Source: Macrostomum hystrix (Eukaryota; Animalia; Platyhelminthes). From it: a stretch of DNA of 64,000 nucleotides. Shown piece after piece: positions 62,076 to 64,000 of this stretch. Position 1 is the first letter of the stretch, and each line of letters begins with the position of its first letter. The DNA lies in assembly GCA_950097015.1 (NCBI GenBank), contig CATNEN010000001.1:27094001-27158000 (forward strand), given 5' to 3'. A program made the position numbers and the translations under genes. The notes beneath the pieces are model-generated. The model ran no database searches. It was not told where the DNA came from and was given only the letters and a program-made list of their open reading frames with translations.

Positions 62076-62177
62076 TAGCGGAGGTTTTGCTTGCATATTT
62101 TATCTGCCTCCTTTTCCTAATCCATTCATATTGCACTATGCTGTTCAACCCCCGAATCATCATCCCCTCCGCCCAGG

Positions 62178-63531
62178 TTCAAGATACCCGTCTGCGCAGT
62201 TCGGCAAGACAATGCCTTCTGCTCCATCGGCAGGCGGAGCAAGCTCGCAGAGATTCTGCGGAACGCGCGAATCATCGTGTGGGACGAGGCACCGATGACG
62301 CACCGCAAGGACCTGGAGATCGTGGACCGGTCTCTGCGAGATCTGCTGCGGGTCGAGCAGCCGTTCGGAGGAGCGCTGCTGGTGCTAGCCGGCGACTTCC
62401 GCCAGCTGCTGGCTGTGGTGCCCGGAGGAACGCAGGCGAACACGATCGACGCCTGCCTGACTCAGTCGGCTTTGTGGCCACATTTCCAGCAGCACCATTT
62501 GACAAGAAATCTGCGGCTCGAGAGCGACTCTGATGCCAAAAGCTACGCAGATTTTCTTATGCAGGTGAGAAAATAATTCCTTCACTATTTTGCATAAACT
62601 TTTAAATTAATGCGTTTCATTCATAATCTACTTTCTAAAACTAATTTCCGAATAACTACAATATTTTGCTTAATCCATTTCTGCATGCTTACGGACACTA
62701 TTAAATAAATAATTCTATGGAACGTGAAATGTCTTTTTTATTCCACAATTCCATTAGGTTGGCAACGGAGAGCTGCCAGAGGACGAAGAGGGCATGGTTT
62801 CCCTGCCTAGCGAGATTCTCATGCCTGATGACACAACCACTGAGCAGCTCATCCGGCACGTCTACCCGTCGTTCGAGCCAAGCCCGCACCGTGACCAGAT
62901 GTTCGCGGAGCGGAGCATTCTGTCGCCGCTCAACAGGACGGTAGACGAGACCAACGCCGCCTGCCTGGCGCTCTTTCCTGGAGACAGTCGGGCTTATCTA
63001 TCAGTCGATTCGATTCCGAACGACGATGTGGCAGCTACCAATTTTCCACCGGAGCTGCTGAACCGACTTGATCCCAACGGCTTGCCGCATCACCGGCTGG
63101 AGCTCAAGGTCGGCATGCCGGTCATGATGATGCGGAACCTCGACCCACCGCTGCTGTGCAACGGAACCTGGCTGCTGCTGCGAGACCTGCGGGACAATGT
63201 GCTGCTCGCGGAGGTCGCCACTGGCATCTACCGTGGGCGGCAGGTGTTTATTCCGCGAATCCCACAGGAGCCGAGTCCTACTGAGCTGCCCTTCACGTTC
63301 CGCCGCCTGCAGTTTCCAATCCGGCCATGCTTCGCCATGACCATCCACAAGAGCCAGGGCCAGTCGCTGAGCACCTACGCTGTCGACCTGACGACGGCCT
63401 GCTTTCAGCACGGCCAGCTCTACGTGGCTCTGAGTCGTGCGCGAAGTGCATCGGGCGTCAAGGTGCGCGCCCCAGGCGGTCGGACGCAGAACATCGTACT
63501 GCGGCAGCTCATTGGTAAGTTGAATTGTTAA
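62178..63531 (+). mobile_element. Intron-containing Helitron PIF1 helicase fragment
   Basis: IIVWDEAPM, PFGG..LVLAGDFRQLL, LTRNLR; intron ~62564-62757; LKVGMPVMMMRN, TIHKSQGQSL, HGQLYVALSR. Confidence 0.9.
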
Positions 63532-64000
63532 ATCTCTTACCAATCAAATTCTACATATTTTATACTCAATTTCATACTCAATTTGACTTCATTTTCTCAC
63601 CCTAGCACGCAACTTCTGACATCGCCGCTGACGATAAAGCCCGGTTACTTCATCGAGATCTGCGGGACAATGGACTGCTCGCCGTGGTCGCTGCGGCCCA
63701 GTTTCAAAGGCGGTCGGCCTTCATCCCGCGGCGCGCAACACTGACCTGCGACAGCTCCCTCGCAGGCAAAGCAGCGCGCCGAAGTGACCGGGTTCGTGTC
63801 CTTCTTTTGCCGGATTTGTCATCTTTGTAAATACTAATAAGTCTGGGCTGCAGCTCAGCCAAAAGTAAAATATCTATAATGTCATTTCTATTTTAGGTAT
63901 GATTTGCACGTTCAAACTAAAAATTTAAGACTAAATAATGCTTCAAATGCAATGTAAATAATGACATTTGAACTTAAAATTAACATCTCAAACGCCCTGC

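Overview
Repeat-rich animal genomic DNA with spliceosomal introns and CAG-rich coding sequence. A flatworm such as Macrostomum is my guess and cannot be established from the sequence alone. Almost the whole window is nested mobile DNA around two copies of a small HES/hairy (bHLH-WRPW) gene. The main finding is a ~13.9-kb insertion (20411-34356), delimited by comparison with the empty paralogous site at ~3361-3390. It has short imperfect terminal inverted repeats and no clear TSD. It encodes two large convergent spliced genes: a ~920-aa tyrosine recombinase and a ~905-aa CRESS/parvovirus-type Rep (apparently catalytically degenerate HUH domain plus SF3 helicase). It also carries a 9x40-bp iteron-like array, two perfect 38-bp palindromes and a small helical cargo ORF, but no recognisable capsid, RT or DDE transposase. 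It reads as an animal integrative replicon (YR + Rep) that fits none of the Crypton, DIRS, Helitron or Polinton plans. It sits inside a 22.4-kb CCC...GGG (CACTA/CMC-type) non-autonomous element that carries the HES gene. The rest of the window holds an intact CMC transposon, a TIR element with a spliced Ulp1+PHD gene, P and hAT MITEs, Helitrons, Gypsy LTR remnants (one with Gmr1-type domain order, one with extra ORFs including a FAST-like small membrane ORF) and a Tc1/IS630 fragment. All family assignments are from motif recognition by eye; no searches were run.
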